A DNA stretch of 64,000 nucleotides from assembly GCA_963666345.1 (NCBI GenBank), contig OY762721.1:576001-640000 (forward strand), in the 5' to 3' direction. The first letter of the stretch is position 1, and every line of letters begins with the position of its first letter. Shown here piece after piece: positions 1-8,761 of the stretch. The DNA comes from Desulfatiglandales bacterium. GTDB lineage: Bacteria > Desulfobacterota > DSM-4660 > Desulfatiglandales > Desulfatiglandaceae. A model generated the notes under the pieces. The model saw only the letters and a program-made list of their open reading frames with translations, made no database searches and was not told the DNA's origin. A program made the translations under genes and the position numbers.

Positions 1-2015
1 TCCCCCATGAAATTACCGTACTGATCCCAGTACACGGTGGTTCCGGCCTCAAAGCTCTGCTCACCGACCGTGAACTGAACCACGGAACCAAAATCATCGG
101 CCCCCCAGTTCACGTTGTCTACTATGGTCCCATTTACTACTCCCAGCCCTCCGTCATCCTCATCATTTCCGCCGGTCATCTTCTCATCTTCCACGGTAAC
201 CGTGTCGCTTGATCCGCCGCCAACCGTGATCTCCCCGCCGATGACATTGAACACCCAGTTGCCGTCAGGAGAGGTAGAGGGATTACTGGTCGTTTCAAGC
301 CCAAGCATGCCTGCCTGATCACCAGCCTGAGGAAGCTCGTAGTAATTAACCCCGTCCCCCGCGGTCCAGCCGGCCCTTGCAATCACACCGCCAAGTCCGT
401 CCGTGCCGCCGCTTGCATCACCGGTCGTCCAGTCTATGTTCTCATAGCGGAACTCAAAGCCGAAATCGCCGTCCCCCTGATCAAAGATGCGCAACTGAAA
501 CCCGTTAACAAGGCTCGTATCCTGGCTATAAAATCCCACATCATCCCAGGTGATCGTGATCACACCGTTTACCTCGTCAAGGTCATACCAGACAAGGTTG
601 CTTCCGGTGGAATTACCCCCGGGGGAGACATTTCCATCCGCTCCCCGTGTGTCGACATCCGCGAAGAAGGGCGCGATCATAGGATTAGAGGTCGCTCCGG
701 TGATCGCGAAAGGGGTATAGGTGCCCATGGCACTTTCAAAGGTAATGTTACCGTTGTTGTTGATGTAAAAACCATTGTATGTCTGGCCGAAAAGGTTCAT
801 GCCGCCCGTGAAGATAGAGGTGACATCAATAAATCCGGTCGAACCGTCATCATTGGCCGCAAGGAAATTCTCTCCGAATCCATTGGGGCCGCCAAGGTTG
901 TTCACCAGGACGTTTCCGCCTTCACCAGGTCCGGGAATACCCGTATAGGAAGAAGCCATAGCAACAACATCCTGGCCGTCCGGCTCTTCAGGCTCGCCTT
1001 CGTCTCCCAGCAGTTCAGGCGTGTCGTCATCAAATGTCACTGCCAGGGTGCCGTTTGCAGTATCGCCGTCACTGTCGCTCACCGTGTAGGTAAGTGTGGC
1101 GGTGGCGTCGTTTTCAGTATTATCGCCTTCCTCACCGTCCAAAGATTCGTGCAGCACGTTATCCAATAACGTAACAGTGTATTCACCTGTAAGCGGGTTT
1201 ACCTGCACCTCAAAAAGGGGCGTATCCGCTCGATCACCATCTGATATAACGGCTGTAAGGGTGCTTGTGCCTGCATCCCAGCTGTAGGTGACTTCCTCCG
1301 TGCCTACCATGGCGGTCTGACCGTTCATACCGGCAAAACCGATAAAGCCCGGGCCGTCTCCTCCAAAGTCGTGCGCGAGCACACCGCTGAAGGTCGCTTC
1401 GTTTCCGTCATCATCAGGGTCAACAACTTCATCCCCGATACCGCCTTCTATACCTCCGGGCAGGCCTTCATCGTCAACCATGGCAAAGGACTCACCCGCA
1501 GTAGGCTGATCATCAATAGCATTCCCATCAAGCGGATCAACCGCATCACCCGTTAGCCCGGTCGTCTCGGCGCCGCTTCCGGGGGTGACCTCTTCTCCCG
1601 TCAGGTCAAAGCTCACAATCGGGTGGCCTCCGCCTGCCCCTGCTGCCCCGCCCGCAGCGGTTGCCTCAAGCTCTATCTCCTCTCCGCCTTCAAGAAGCGC
1701 CTGCTGGATCTGCTCGGCATCGGCTGTGGCCTCGGCCACATCTTCAGGAGCAACACCCGCGTACACATCCTCATCTATTACGATATCGCTCATCCTGCCG
1801 ATATCAAGCTGCGTGGGGGGAGGTCCGTCAAGCATTATGGAGACGCTTCCGTCATCCTCGGTTATTATGCGGTCAAAGGCGAAGATCGGGCTGTTTACCG
1901 ACAGGACCCTGGTAGCGCCGTCCTCGGATACGGCCTTTACCTTACCGTAGATGATAAATGCCTTGCCTACCGCCTGATTCGTACCGGATGCCTGCGTAGA
2001 TGTCGTGTCTGCCAT
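1..2015 (-). CDS. Retention-module T1SS adhesin, copy 1 (5' part only; runs off the left edge of the window)
   Basis: Nearly identical to 6273-8287 (offset 6272). ATG at 2015 with AAGGAG RBS. Missed by the ORF track because no stop codon lies in the window. Confidence 0.9.
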   Translation of the reverse strand, partial: MADTTSTQASGTNQAVGKAFIIYGKVKAVSEDGATRVLSVNSPIFAFDRIITEDDGSVSIMLDGPPPTQLDIGRMSDIVIDEDVYAGVAPEDVAEATADAEQIQQALLEGGEEIELEATAAGGAAGAGGGHPIVSFDLTGEEVTPGSGAETTGLTGDAVDPLDGNAIDDQPTAGESFAMVDDEGLPGGIEGGIGDEVVDPDDDGNEATFSGVLAHDFGGDGPGFIGFAGMNGQTAMVGTEEVTYSWDAGTSTLTAVISDGDRADTPLFEVQVNPLTGEYTVTLLDNVLHESLDGEEGDNTENDATATLTYTVSDSDGDTANGTLAVTFDDDTPELLGDEGEPEEPDGQDVVAMASSYTGIPGPGEGGNVLVNNLGGPNGFGENFLAANDDGSTGFIDVTSIFTGGMNLFGQTYNGFYINNNGNITFESAMGTYTPFAITGATSNPMIAPFFADVDTRGADGNVSPGGNSTGSNLVWYDLDEVNGVITITWDDVGFYSQDTSLVNGFQLRIFDQGDGDFGFEFRYENIDWTTGDASGGTDGLGGVIARAGWTAGDGVNYYELPQAGDQAGMLGLETTSNPSTSPDGNWVFNVIGGEITVGGGSSDTVTVEDEKMTGGNDEDDGGLGVVNGTIVDNVNWGADDFGSVVQFTVGEQSFEAGTTVYWDQYGNFMG

Positions 2016-2038
2016 GATCAAATCTCCTTATATTGGAT
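1..2038. repeat. Direct repeat, copy A (~2.04 kb)
   Basis: Matches 6273-8310; about 7 substitutions found by eye (1419, 1458, 1460, 1464, 1842, 1848, 1855). Confidence 0.95.
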
Positions 2039-2095
2039 CGGGTTAATGGATTTTCAAATTTATTGTAGTCCTTATTTAGACTGTGCCGTCCTTTC

Positions 2096-2120
2096 AGTCT
2101 ATTGTACCTTGGTACAGGTT
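2096..2120 (-). promoter_or_regulatory. Palindromic operator-like site upstream of adhesin copy 1
   Basis: AGTCTATTGTACCTTGGTACAGGTT containing the inverted repeat TGTACC-TT-GGTACA; identical 25-mer at 8368-8392. Confidence 0.7.
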
Positions 2121-2181
2121 GTTAAACTTTTTTATTAAGCCTTTAATTTTGTTTGGGATTTTTTTTAAGCGTATAATGACA

Positions 2182-2226
2182 TAAAAAGACTGCCGCGAAG
2201 GTTACGAACCTTTCACGGCAGTCTTT
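2182..2226 (-). terminator. Rho-independent terminator of adhesin copy 2
   Basis: Minus strand AAAGACTGCCGTGAAAGGTT-CGT-AACCTTCGCGGCAGTCTTTTTA: long hairpin plus U-tract, ~35 nt after the stop at 2261. Confidence 0.8.
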
Positions 2227-2260
2227 GTTCTTGCAAGGTTATGTTTTTACTGTTTATTGT

Positions 2261-5200
2261 TTACGGGGTTCCATCATCGATATCAAGATCACCCAAAAGT
2301 GTGGTAAGAGGATCTCCTGCTAACGAGTCAAAATCGATGTTGTCGAAGGTGACGCTGCCAAGCTCATTTTCTCCGCTGTCCAACAGGACCAGCTCGGCCT
2401 TTCCTCCGTCATCTCTCACATCATAATGATCAAGACCGGCAATATGGGTGAAATCGATGACATCACCCTCTGCCTGATCATAATCCATTATGGCGTCATG
2501 TCCCTCGCCCGACTTGAAGGTGTCCGCATCGTCCCCGCCTGTCAGGGCGTCGTCACCCGAGCCGCCGTCAAGCATATCTTCACCCGAGCCGCCGTCTATG
2601 GTGTCATCTCCCTCCTGTCCGTAGATGATATCGTCTCCGGCCCCGCCGTCTATGGTGTCATTTCCGCCGTCGCGACCGCTCTCGGCAGAAAGGGCCTCAT
2701 GATTGGCCTTGATGTAATCTGCGATCTGGTCGAGATCACCGCCATACTCATCAATCAGCGCCTGCCAGCCGCTTCCGTCAACGGTCGAAGCCGCCAGATC
2801 ATCAGTGTAAGGCGCATCACCGAAGATGATGTCGTCTCCCTCTCCACCGTCTATAGTGTCGTCTCCGGCCGGATCAAGGGTAGCCTGGCCGCCGGAAAGT
2901 TCGCCGATAATGGCGCTCAACTGTTCAGGTGAAGTAACGTTGTCCGCTACATGACCAGGCGTACCGGGAGGTGAACCTTCCACCTGATCCAGCATCTCCA
3001 GCGCCGAATCACCCACATTAATGCCCACGGCCTCAATCATGAAATCTGAACCGGTCAGGATGGAACTAACCTCGTCGGCAAAAGAACCGCCGGTAGTTGG
3101 GCTTCCGTCAGAGACAAACACCACGTTGTTCATGTCCGCTCCTGAGTGCGGCCCTGCCCCGCTGATCCATGTGTCCGCCTGAGCCAGGGCGGCCGCATAA
3201 TTGGTCAATCCCCCGGCAGTGAGGCCGTTGACCGCCGCTACGGCAGCCGCAAGTTCACCGGCGTCGTCAACACCTCCTGAGGTAAGATTGTAGGTGCCCA
3301 CCGGGGAAGCTGAATAGCTGAACTCGATTATATGAACACGTACGTTTTCCGCTTCGTATGACTGGAGATCTGCCAATGCATCATTGACCGCCGCCTTAAG
3401 TCCATTAAGTCTGCTCCCTACCATACTCCCTGAGGTATCAAGTACGAAGACGATATTCGCGGTATCGCCCGCTCCTATGCCGGCTCCGCCCGGATCACCT
3501 ATCAGAATGTCATCCCCGCCGGCGCCCGCAATCTCGCCGGAACCGGTATCGGGTACAGTCCAGAGAGGTTCTGAACCGGCTTCATCGTCATCTCCCGATC
3601 CTACTATAAGAACCGGCTCGTCAGCACCGTTAATCGTGATCGTCAGGGTGGCCATGCTGGTGTCGCCGTCGGCGTCCCGCATGGAGTATGTGAATGTGTC
3701 GGTAAGAGTTTCACCATCGTCCAGTGACTGGACACCTTCATCATCATTATCAAGTACATACTCGTAGCTTCCGTCGCTATTCAGGGTCAGGGTGCCGTAG
3801 TCGCCTGCCAGAGAAACGCCAGCGTCAACCGGTGTGCTGGAATCTCCTATATCTCCTGTACGCACCCATGTCACGGCCGGGCCGCCGTCCGCGCCTGCGT
3901 CATCCGCTGTGCCGTCCGTTGCGTTTTCGTCGCCTCCCGGCACGTCAATTCCTGTAAGCACGTTTCCTGTGGCGGTCGTGTTGTCGTCCTCCGTGACCGA
4001 GTCTGAGTCATCCGCTGCAGTCGGGGCATCATCACCAAAGCGCACCAGGGTCCCGATGTCGATGGTGTCGGCGGCGGTATCACCGTCACCATCAGTCGCC
4101 GTGGCAGTCAGAGTAACGCTGCCCGCATCGGCCAGGGTGATTATCTCGTCCGGGTCGGAGGTCGCGTGCATGACCGCCCGCGCCTGATCCAGGGTGACAT
4201 TACCCGTGCCGTCGACACTCACGGTGAGAACGATATCACCGCTCACGGCAGCCGTGGCATCCGTGCCCTCACGACCTACCACTTCACCATTTTCAACAAA
4301 CAGAAATACATGGTTGCCGCTTTCAGAATCTATGAGGCCTGAGTCAACGCCGGCCGCAGCCACACCCAAAGTGTAGACCACCGACTCAAGCCCGTCTGCC
4401 CCGCCCTCAATGTTGAAGTAGGTGCTGAAGTCCTTTGTGTCGTCTGTATCAAAATCGCTTTCATCGACTTTCAGACCCGCATTCCAGGTAACATTCACAT
4501 TCACGTCCTCGTAGTCGGAATCCGTGCTGCCGAGGAGGTCCTCCCAGTTCTGGTTTCCCGGCCATTCATTGTCCTGGACATGGGAATAGCGGTCCACGTT
4601 CAGCGCAGCATTGTCGAAGAAAATATTTGCCCCTGTGCCTGTCAAGGGAGTATCTGTATCCGTCTCATAGGCCTGCCACACACCGGGGCTGACCTCCTGG
4701 AAGTAAACCTCCTCGCCGTCTGCAAGACCGGAATTTTGCCCTCCTCCGTCCGGTATGATGAAAAAGCCCACCTGCTCGGGTGGATAACCTTCCACTGTTA
4801 CAGGCCCAGAGGCAACCTTTACGTTCGCCCAGATGATTTCACCTGTTGTCGGGTTACCATCTCCATCCTTGATGTAATAGCCGTAACTGTTGTTATAGCC
4901 TGCAACGCCAACGTTCTGATACTCGGCGGTAAAGCTGTATGTTTCAGCACCAGACTCCGCGGTAACACTCGGCCCGTCATCACTGAAATAGATCTGATCA
5001 CCTATGTCGGTGCTGTCCGTATCGATATCACCGTCACCGTCGGTCACGGTAACAACCGCACTGATCTTGCCTGTCAGGTCTACCGTTTCATCATGGCTAC
5101 TGCCGCCCGTGGGGTTGGTAACAGACGCATACTGCGCTAAGCTCACCGTGCCGTCATCCGCATCTATGGCTACTGCAAAGGCAATAGCGCCGGACGGATC

Positions 5201-8200
5201 AGCCGTGTCCGTGCCATCTCCTGCCTCAGTGCCGATCCGACCAACTACCAGGTCCCCTGACTTGTACAGAAAGATCTGCGTACCGTCTGTCGTCTCAAGA
5301 CCGGAATCAGTACCGTCCGCCGCAATAGAAAGCGATACAACAGTCGTGCCGCCTTCCTCGTCTGCACCGTAGCTCGAACCACTAGTATCAACCAGGCTAT
5401 AGTAACCCTGCGCGTACTGCGCTGTCGTAAGATCACTTGATGTGCCCGTCAATCCACCGAACAGTGCACTTACCGCCGGATCGGTAGTGTCGTCATCCTG
5501 TACACCGTCAGTCTCATCAACCGTAACGGTACTGGGCACTTCTCCATCAATAAGTGGCGCCTCTACGATATCCGCTACCGGCATGTCGTCCGTTACCTGA
5601 AGCGTGACATCTACCGCCTGCAGGTCACCGTCTGCGTCCTGACCGGTTATGGATACCGTATCAAGCACGTCCGTCTGCTCGCCCTGGTCGTCCTGACCAA
5701 GAAGCATGTTGTCGAGAAGCGTGTAGGTATAGGTGCCGTTACTGTTCACCAGAAGTGAGGCCGCCGCACCCTCCCCTTCGGTTCCAAGAAAATTACCGTA
5801 CTCATCCCAGTACACGGTCGTGTTCACATCAAAGCTCGCCTGACCAACGCTGAACCCTGTCGCGGAAGCAAATCCGTCCGCTCCCCAGCTCACGTTATCC
5901 ACGATGGTCCCGTCAACAGAGGAAACTCCTCCGTCATCCTCATCTATGCCCCCTTCCATCTTCTCGTCTTCCACGGTAACCGTGTCGGAGCCGCCTTCCA
6001 CATAAAGTTCGGGCATGTCGTCCGTTACCTGGAGCGTGACGTTTACCGCAGGGGCTTCATCACCGTCCGCGTCCTGACCAACAATAGCCACAGTGTCAAG
6101 CACGTCCGTCTGCTCGCCCTGGTCGTCCTGACCCATGAGCATGTTGTCCAAAAGGGTGTAGGTGTATGTGCCGTCGCTGTTTACTATAAGCGAGGCTGCA
6201 GGAGTCGGCAGCTGATCCACAACTTCCACGGACATCATTAAGGCCGGGCCCGTGGAGGAAGCCATCAGCCCCTCCCCCATGAAATTACCGTACTGATCCC
6301 AGTACACGGTGGTTCCGGCCTCAAAGCTCTGCTCACCGACCGTGAACTGAACCACGGAACCAAAATCATCGGCCCCCCAGTTCACGTTGTCTACTATGGT
6401 CCCATTTACTACTCCCAGCCCTCCGTCATCCTCATCATTTCCGCCGGTCATCTTCTCATCTTCCACGGTAACCGTGTCGCTTGATCCGCCGCCAACCGTG
6501 ATCTCCCCGCCGATGACATTGAACACCCAGTTGCCGTCAGGAGAGGTAGAGGGATTACTGGTCGTTTCAAGCCCAAGCATGCCTGCCTGATCACCAGCCT
6601 GAGGAAGCTCGTAGTAATTAACCCCGTCCCCCGCGGTCCAGCCGGCCCTTGCAATCACACCGCCAAGTCCGTCCGTGCCGCCGCTTGCATCACCGGTCGT
6701 CCAGTCTATGTTCTCATAGCGGAACTCAAAGCCGAAATCGCCGTCCCCCTGATCAAAGATGCGCAACTGAAACCCGTTAACAAGGCTCGTATCCTGGCTA
6801 TAAAATCCCACATCATCCCAGGTGATCGTGATCACACCGTTTACCTCGTCAAGGTCATACCAGACAAGGTTGCTTCCGGTGGAATTACCCCCGGGGGAGA
6901 CATTTCCATCCGCTCCCCGTGTGTCGACATCCGCGAAGAAGGGCGCGATCATAGGATTAGAGGTCGCTCCGGTGATCGCGAAAGGGGTATAGGTGCCCAT
7001 GGCACTTTCAAAGGTAATGTTACCGTTGTTGTTGATGTAAAAACCATTGTATGTCTGGCCGAAAAGGTTCATGCCGCCCGTGAAGATAGAGGTGACATCA
7101 ATAAATCCGGTCGAACCGTCATCATTGGCCGCAAGGAAATTCTCTCCGAATCCATTGGGGCCGCCAAGGTTGTTCACCAGGACGTTTCCGCCTTCACCAG
7201 GTCCGGGAATACCCGTATAGGAAGAAGCCATAGCAACAACATCCTGGCCGTCCGGCTCTTCAGGCTCGCCTTCGTCTCCCAGCAGTTCAGGCGTGTCGTC
7301 ATCAAATGTCACTGCCAGGGTGCCGTTTGCAGTATCGCCGTCACTGTCGCTCACCGTGTAGGTAAGTGTGGCGGTGGCGTCGTTTTCAGTATTATCGCCT
7401 TCCTCACCGTCCAAAGATTCGTGCAGCACGTTATCCAATAACGTAACAGTGTATTCACCTGTAAGCGGGTTTACCTGCACCTCAAAAAGGGGCGTATCCG
7501 CTCGATCACCATCTGATATAACGGCTGTAAGGGTGCTTGTGCCTGCATCCCAGCTGTAGGTGACTTCCTCCGTGCCTACCATGGCGGTCTGACCGTTCAT
7601 ACCGGCAAAACCGATAAAGCCCGGGCCGTCTCCTCCAAAGTCGTGCGCGAGCACACCGCTGAAGGTCGCTTCGTTTCCGTCATCATCAGGATCAACAACT
7701 TCATCCCCGATACCGCCTTCTATACCTCCTGCCAGACCTTCATCGTCAACCATGGCAAAGGACTCACCCGCAGTAGGCTGATCATCAATAGCATTCCCAT
7801 CAAGCGGATCAACCGCATCACCCGTTAGCCCGGTCGTCTCGGCGCCGCTTCCGGGGGTGACCTCTTCTCCCGTCAGGTCAAAGCTCACAATCGGGTGGCC
7901 TCCGCCTGCCCCTGCTGCCCCGCCCGCAGCGGTTGCCTCAAGCTCTATCTCCTCTCCGCCTTCAAGAAGCGCCTGCTGGATCTGCTCGGCATCGGCTGTG
8001 GCCTCGGCCACATCTTCAGGAGCAACACCCGCGTACACATCCTCATCTATTACGATATCGCTCATCCTGCCGATATCAAGCTGCGTGGGGGGAGGTCCGT
8101 CAAGCATTATGGAAACGCTCCCGTCACCCTCGGTTATTATGCGGTCAAAGGCGAAGATCGGGCTGTTTACCGACAGGACCCTGGTAGCGCCGTCCTCGGA

Positions 8201-8287
8201 TACGGCCTTTACCTTACCGTAGATGATAAATGCCTTGCCTACCGCCTGATTCGTACCGGATGCCTGCGTAGATGTCGTGTCTGCCAT
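2261..8287 (-). CDS. Large LapA-like RTX adhesin (retention module, nidogen-like, DUF5801-like repeats, DUF4114-like, VCBS/Ig-like, vWA, RTX repeats)
   Basis: ~2008 aa, Asp/Gly/Thr-rich. N-terminal retention-module pattern with ELEATAAG. NIDO-like IAPFFADVDTR...FQL. vWA IVFVLDTSGSM...FVSDG. C-terminal GGxGxDxI nonapeptides. ATG 8287 with AAGGAG RBS. Confidence 0.9.
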   Translation of the reverse strand: MADTTSTQASGTNQAVGKAFIIYGKVKAVSEDGATRVLSVNSPIFAFDRIITEGDGSVSIMLDGPPPTQLDIGRMSDIVIDEDVYAGVAPEDVAEATADAEQIQQALLEGGEEIELEATAAGGAAGAGGGHPIVSFDLTGEEVTPGSGAETTGLTGDAVDPLDGNAIDDQPTAGESFAMVDDEGLAGGIEGGIGDEVVDPDDDGNEATFSGVLAHDFGGDGPGFIGFAGMNGQTAMVGTEEVTYSWDAGTSTLTAVISDGDRADTPLFEVQVNPLTGEYTVTLLDNVLHESLDGEEGDNTENDATATLTYTVSDSDGDTANGTLAVTFDDDTPELLGDEGEPEEPDGQDVVAMASSYTGIPGPGEGGNVLVNNLGGPNGFGENFLAANDDGSTGFIDVTSIFTGGMNLFGQTYNGFYINNNGNITFESAMGTYTPFAITGATSNPMIAPFFADVDTRGADGNVSPGGNSTGSNLVWYDLDEVNGVITITWDDVGFYSQDTSLVNGFQLRIFDQGDGDFGFEFRYENIDWTTGDASGGTDGLGGVIARAGWTAGDGVNYYELPQAGDQAGMLGLETTSNPSTSPDGNWVFNVIGGEITVGGGSSDTVTVEDEKMTGGNDEDDGGLGVVNGTIVDNVNWGADDFGSVVQFTVGEQSFEAGTTVYWDQYGNFMGEGLMASSTGPALMMSVEVVDQLPTPAASLIVNSDGTYTYTLLDNMLMGQDDQGEQTDVLDTVAIVGQDADGDEAPAVNVTLQVTDDMPELYVEGGSDTVTVEDEKMEGGIDEDDGGVSSVDGTIVDNVSWGADGFASATGFSVGQASFDVNTTVYWDEYGNFLGTEGEGAAASLLVNSNGTYTYTLLDNMLLGQDDQGEQTDVLDTVSITGQDADGDLQAVDVTLQVTDDMPVADIVEAPLIDGEVPSTVTVDETDGVQDDDTTDPAVSALFGGLTGTSSDLTTAQYAQGYYSLVDTSGSSYGADEEGGTTVVSLSIAADGTDSGLETTDGTQIFLYKSGDLVVGRIGTEAGDGTDTADPSGAIAFAVAIDADDGTVSLAQYASVTNPTGGSSHDETVDLTGKISAVVTVTDGDGDIDTDSTDIGDQIYFSDDGPSVTAESGAETYSFTAEYQNVGVAGYNNSYGYYIKDGDGNPTTGEIIWANVKVASGPVTVEGYPPEQVGFFIIPDGGGQNSGLADGEEVYFQEVSPGVWQAYETDTDTPLTGTGANIFFDNAALNVDRYSHVQDNEWPGNQNWEDLLGSTDSDYEDVNVNVTWNAGLKVDESDFDTDDTKDFSTYFNIEGGADGLESVVYTLGVAAAGVDSGLIDSESGNHVFLFVENGEVVGREGTDATAAVSGDIVLTVSVDGTGNVTLDQARAVMHATSDPDEIITLADAGSVTLTATATDGDGDTAADTIDIGTLVRFGDDAPTAADDSDSVTEDDNTTATGNVLTGIDVPGGDENATDGTADDAGADGGPAVTWVRTGDIGDSSTPVDAGVSLAGDYGTLTLNSDGSYEYVLDNDDEGVQSLDDGETLTDTFTYSMRDADGDTSMATLTITINGADEPVLIVGSGDDDEAGSEPLWTVPDTGSGEIAGAGGDDILIGDPGGAGIGAGDTANIVFVLDTSGSMVGSRLNGLKAAVNDALADLQSYEAENVRVHIIEFSYSASPVGTYNLTSGGVDDAGELAAAVAAVNGLTAGGLTNYAAALAQADTWISGAGPHSGADMNNVVFVSDGSPTTGGSFADEVSSILTGSDFMIEAVGINVGDSALEMLDQVEGSPPGTPGHVADNVTSPEQLSAIIGELSGGQATLDPAGDDTIDGGEGDDIIFGDAPYTDDLAASTVDGSGWQALIDEYGGDLDQIADYIKANHEALSAESGRDGGNDTIDGGAGDDIIYGQEGDDTIDGGSGEDMLDGGSGDDALTGGDDADTFKSGEGHDAIMDYDQAEGDVIDFTHIAGLDHYDVRDDGGKAELVLLDSGENELGSVTFDNIDFDSLAGDPLTTLLGDLDIDDGTP
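5580..6485 (-). repeat. Internal tandem duplication of a ~145-155 aa adhesin module
   Basis: SDTVTVEDEKMxGGxDEDDGG...YTYTLLDNML.GQDDQGEQTDVLDTV...LQVTDDMP occurs twice; shared DNA blocks such as AAGCACGTCCGTCTGCTCGCCCTGGTCGTCCTGACC. Confidence 0.85.
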
Positions 8288-8310
8288 GATCAAATCTCCT
8301 TATATTGGAT
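6273..8310. repeat. Direct repeat, copy B (~2.04 kb)
   Basis: Matches 1-2038; identity ends abruptly 23 nt upstream of the ATG. Confidence 0.95.
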
Positions 8311-8367
8311 GGATTACATGCCTTTTTATCATTATTTGTGTTCAAGGATAATCTTGCCAACTATTTT

Positions 8368-8392
8368 AGTCTATTGTACCTTGGTACAGGTT
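8368..8392 (-). promoter_or_regulatory. Palindromic operator-like site upstream of adhesin copy 2
   Basis: Same 25-mer as 2096-2120 at the same distance from the ATG, while the DNA between the site and the repeat has diverged. Confidence 0.7.
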
Positions 8393-8472
8393 TTATATAT
8401 TTTTTGAAGAAAATCCTAAAGTAAAGGGTATTGTGCTGCTGTTTACGGAACAACAGAGGCGCGGGCTGTTTT

Positions 8473-8718
8473 ATAATAAAGGCTGTATGTGACTTTTAAA
8501 GGGTGAAAGAAAAAAAGCTGTTTGCTACCGAAAGAGGTTTCATTAATAAATCAGTAGATATTACAATATACCTGACAAGAATATTTATGGGTGACAGTCC
8601 TGGAGAAATATGCCAAGACTATCACTTCCGGAAACATAGTCCCGCGGCCGGTGTCATGGAACGGGTGAAGAAACGGATAGAAGGCGATAAGCTGTTCAGG
8701 AAAAGGCGGATTAGATAA
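8473..8718 (+). pseudogene. Remnant of the DnaA-C-like HTH C-terminus of an IS200/REP-associated tyrosine transposase
   Basis: IIKAVCDF*RVKEKKLFATERGFINKSVDITIYLTRIFMGDSPGEICQDYHFRKHSPAAGVMERVKK resembles this HTH tail; in-frame TAA at 8497; no catalytic N-terminus. Confidence 0.5.
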
Positions 8719-8761
8719 AATTGAAGTTGATGGGTAACAAAAGTCGAACGGAGATCCCCTT

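Noticed and set aside
1..8310. Diversity-generating retroelement (template/variable repeat) explanation for the 2-kb repeat
   Set aside because: The repeat is far too long, substitutions are not confined to adenines, and no reverse transcriptase is present.
115..8407. Numerous plus-strand ORFs over the adhesin genes
   Set aside because: Antisense shadows of the GC-rich repetitive minus-strand CDSs; Ser/Pro-rich with no motifs.
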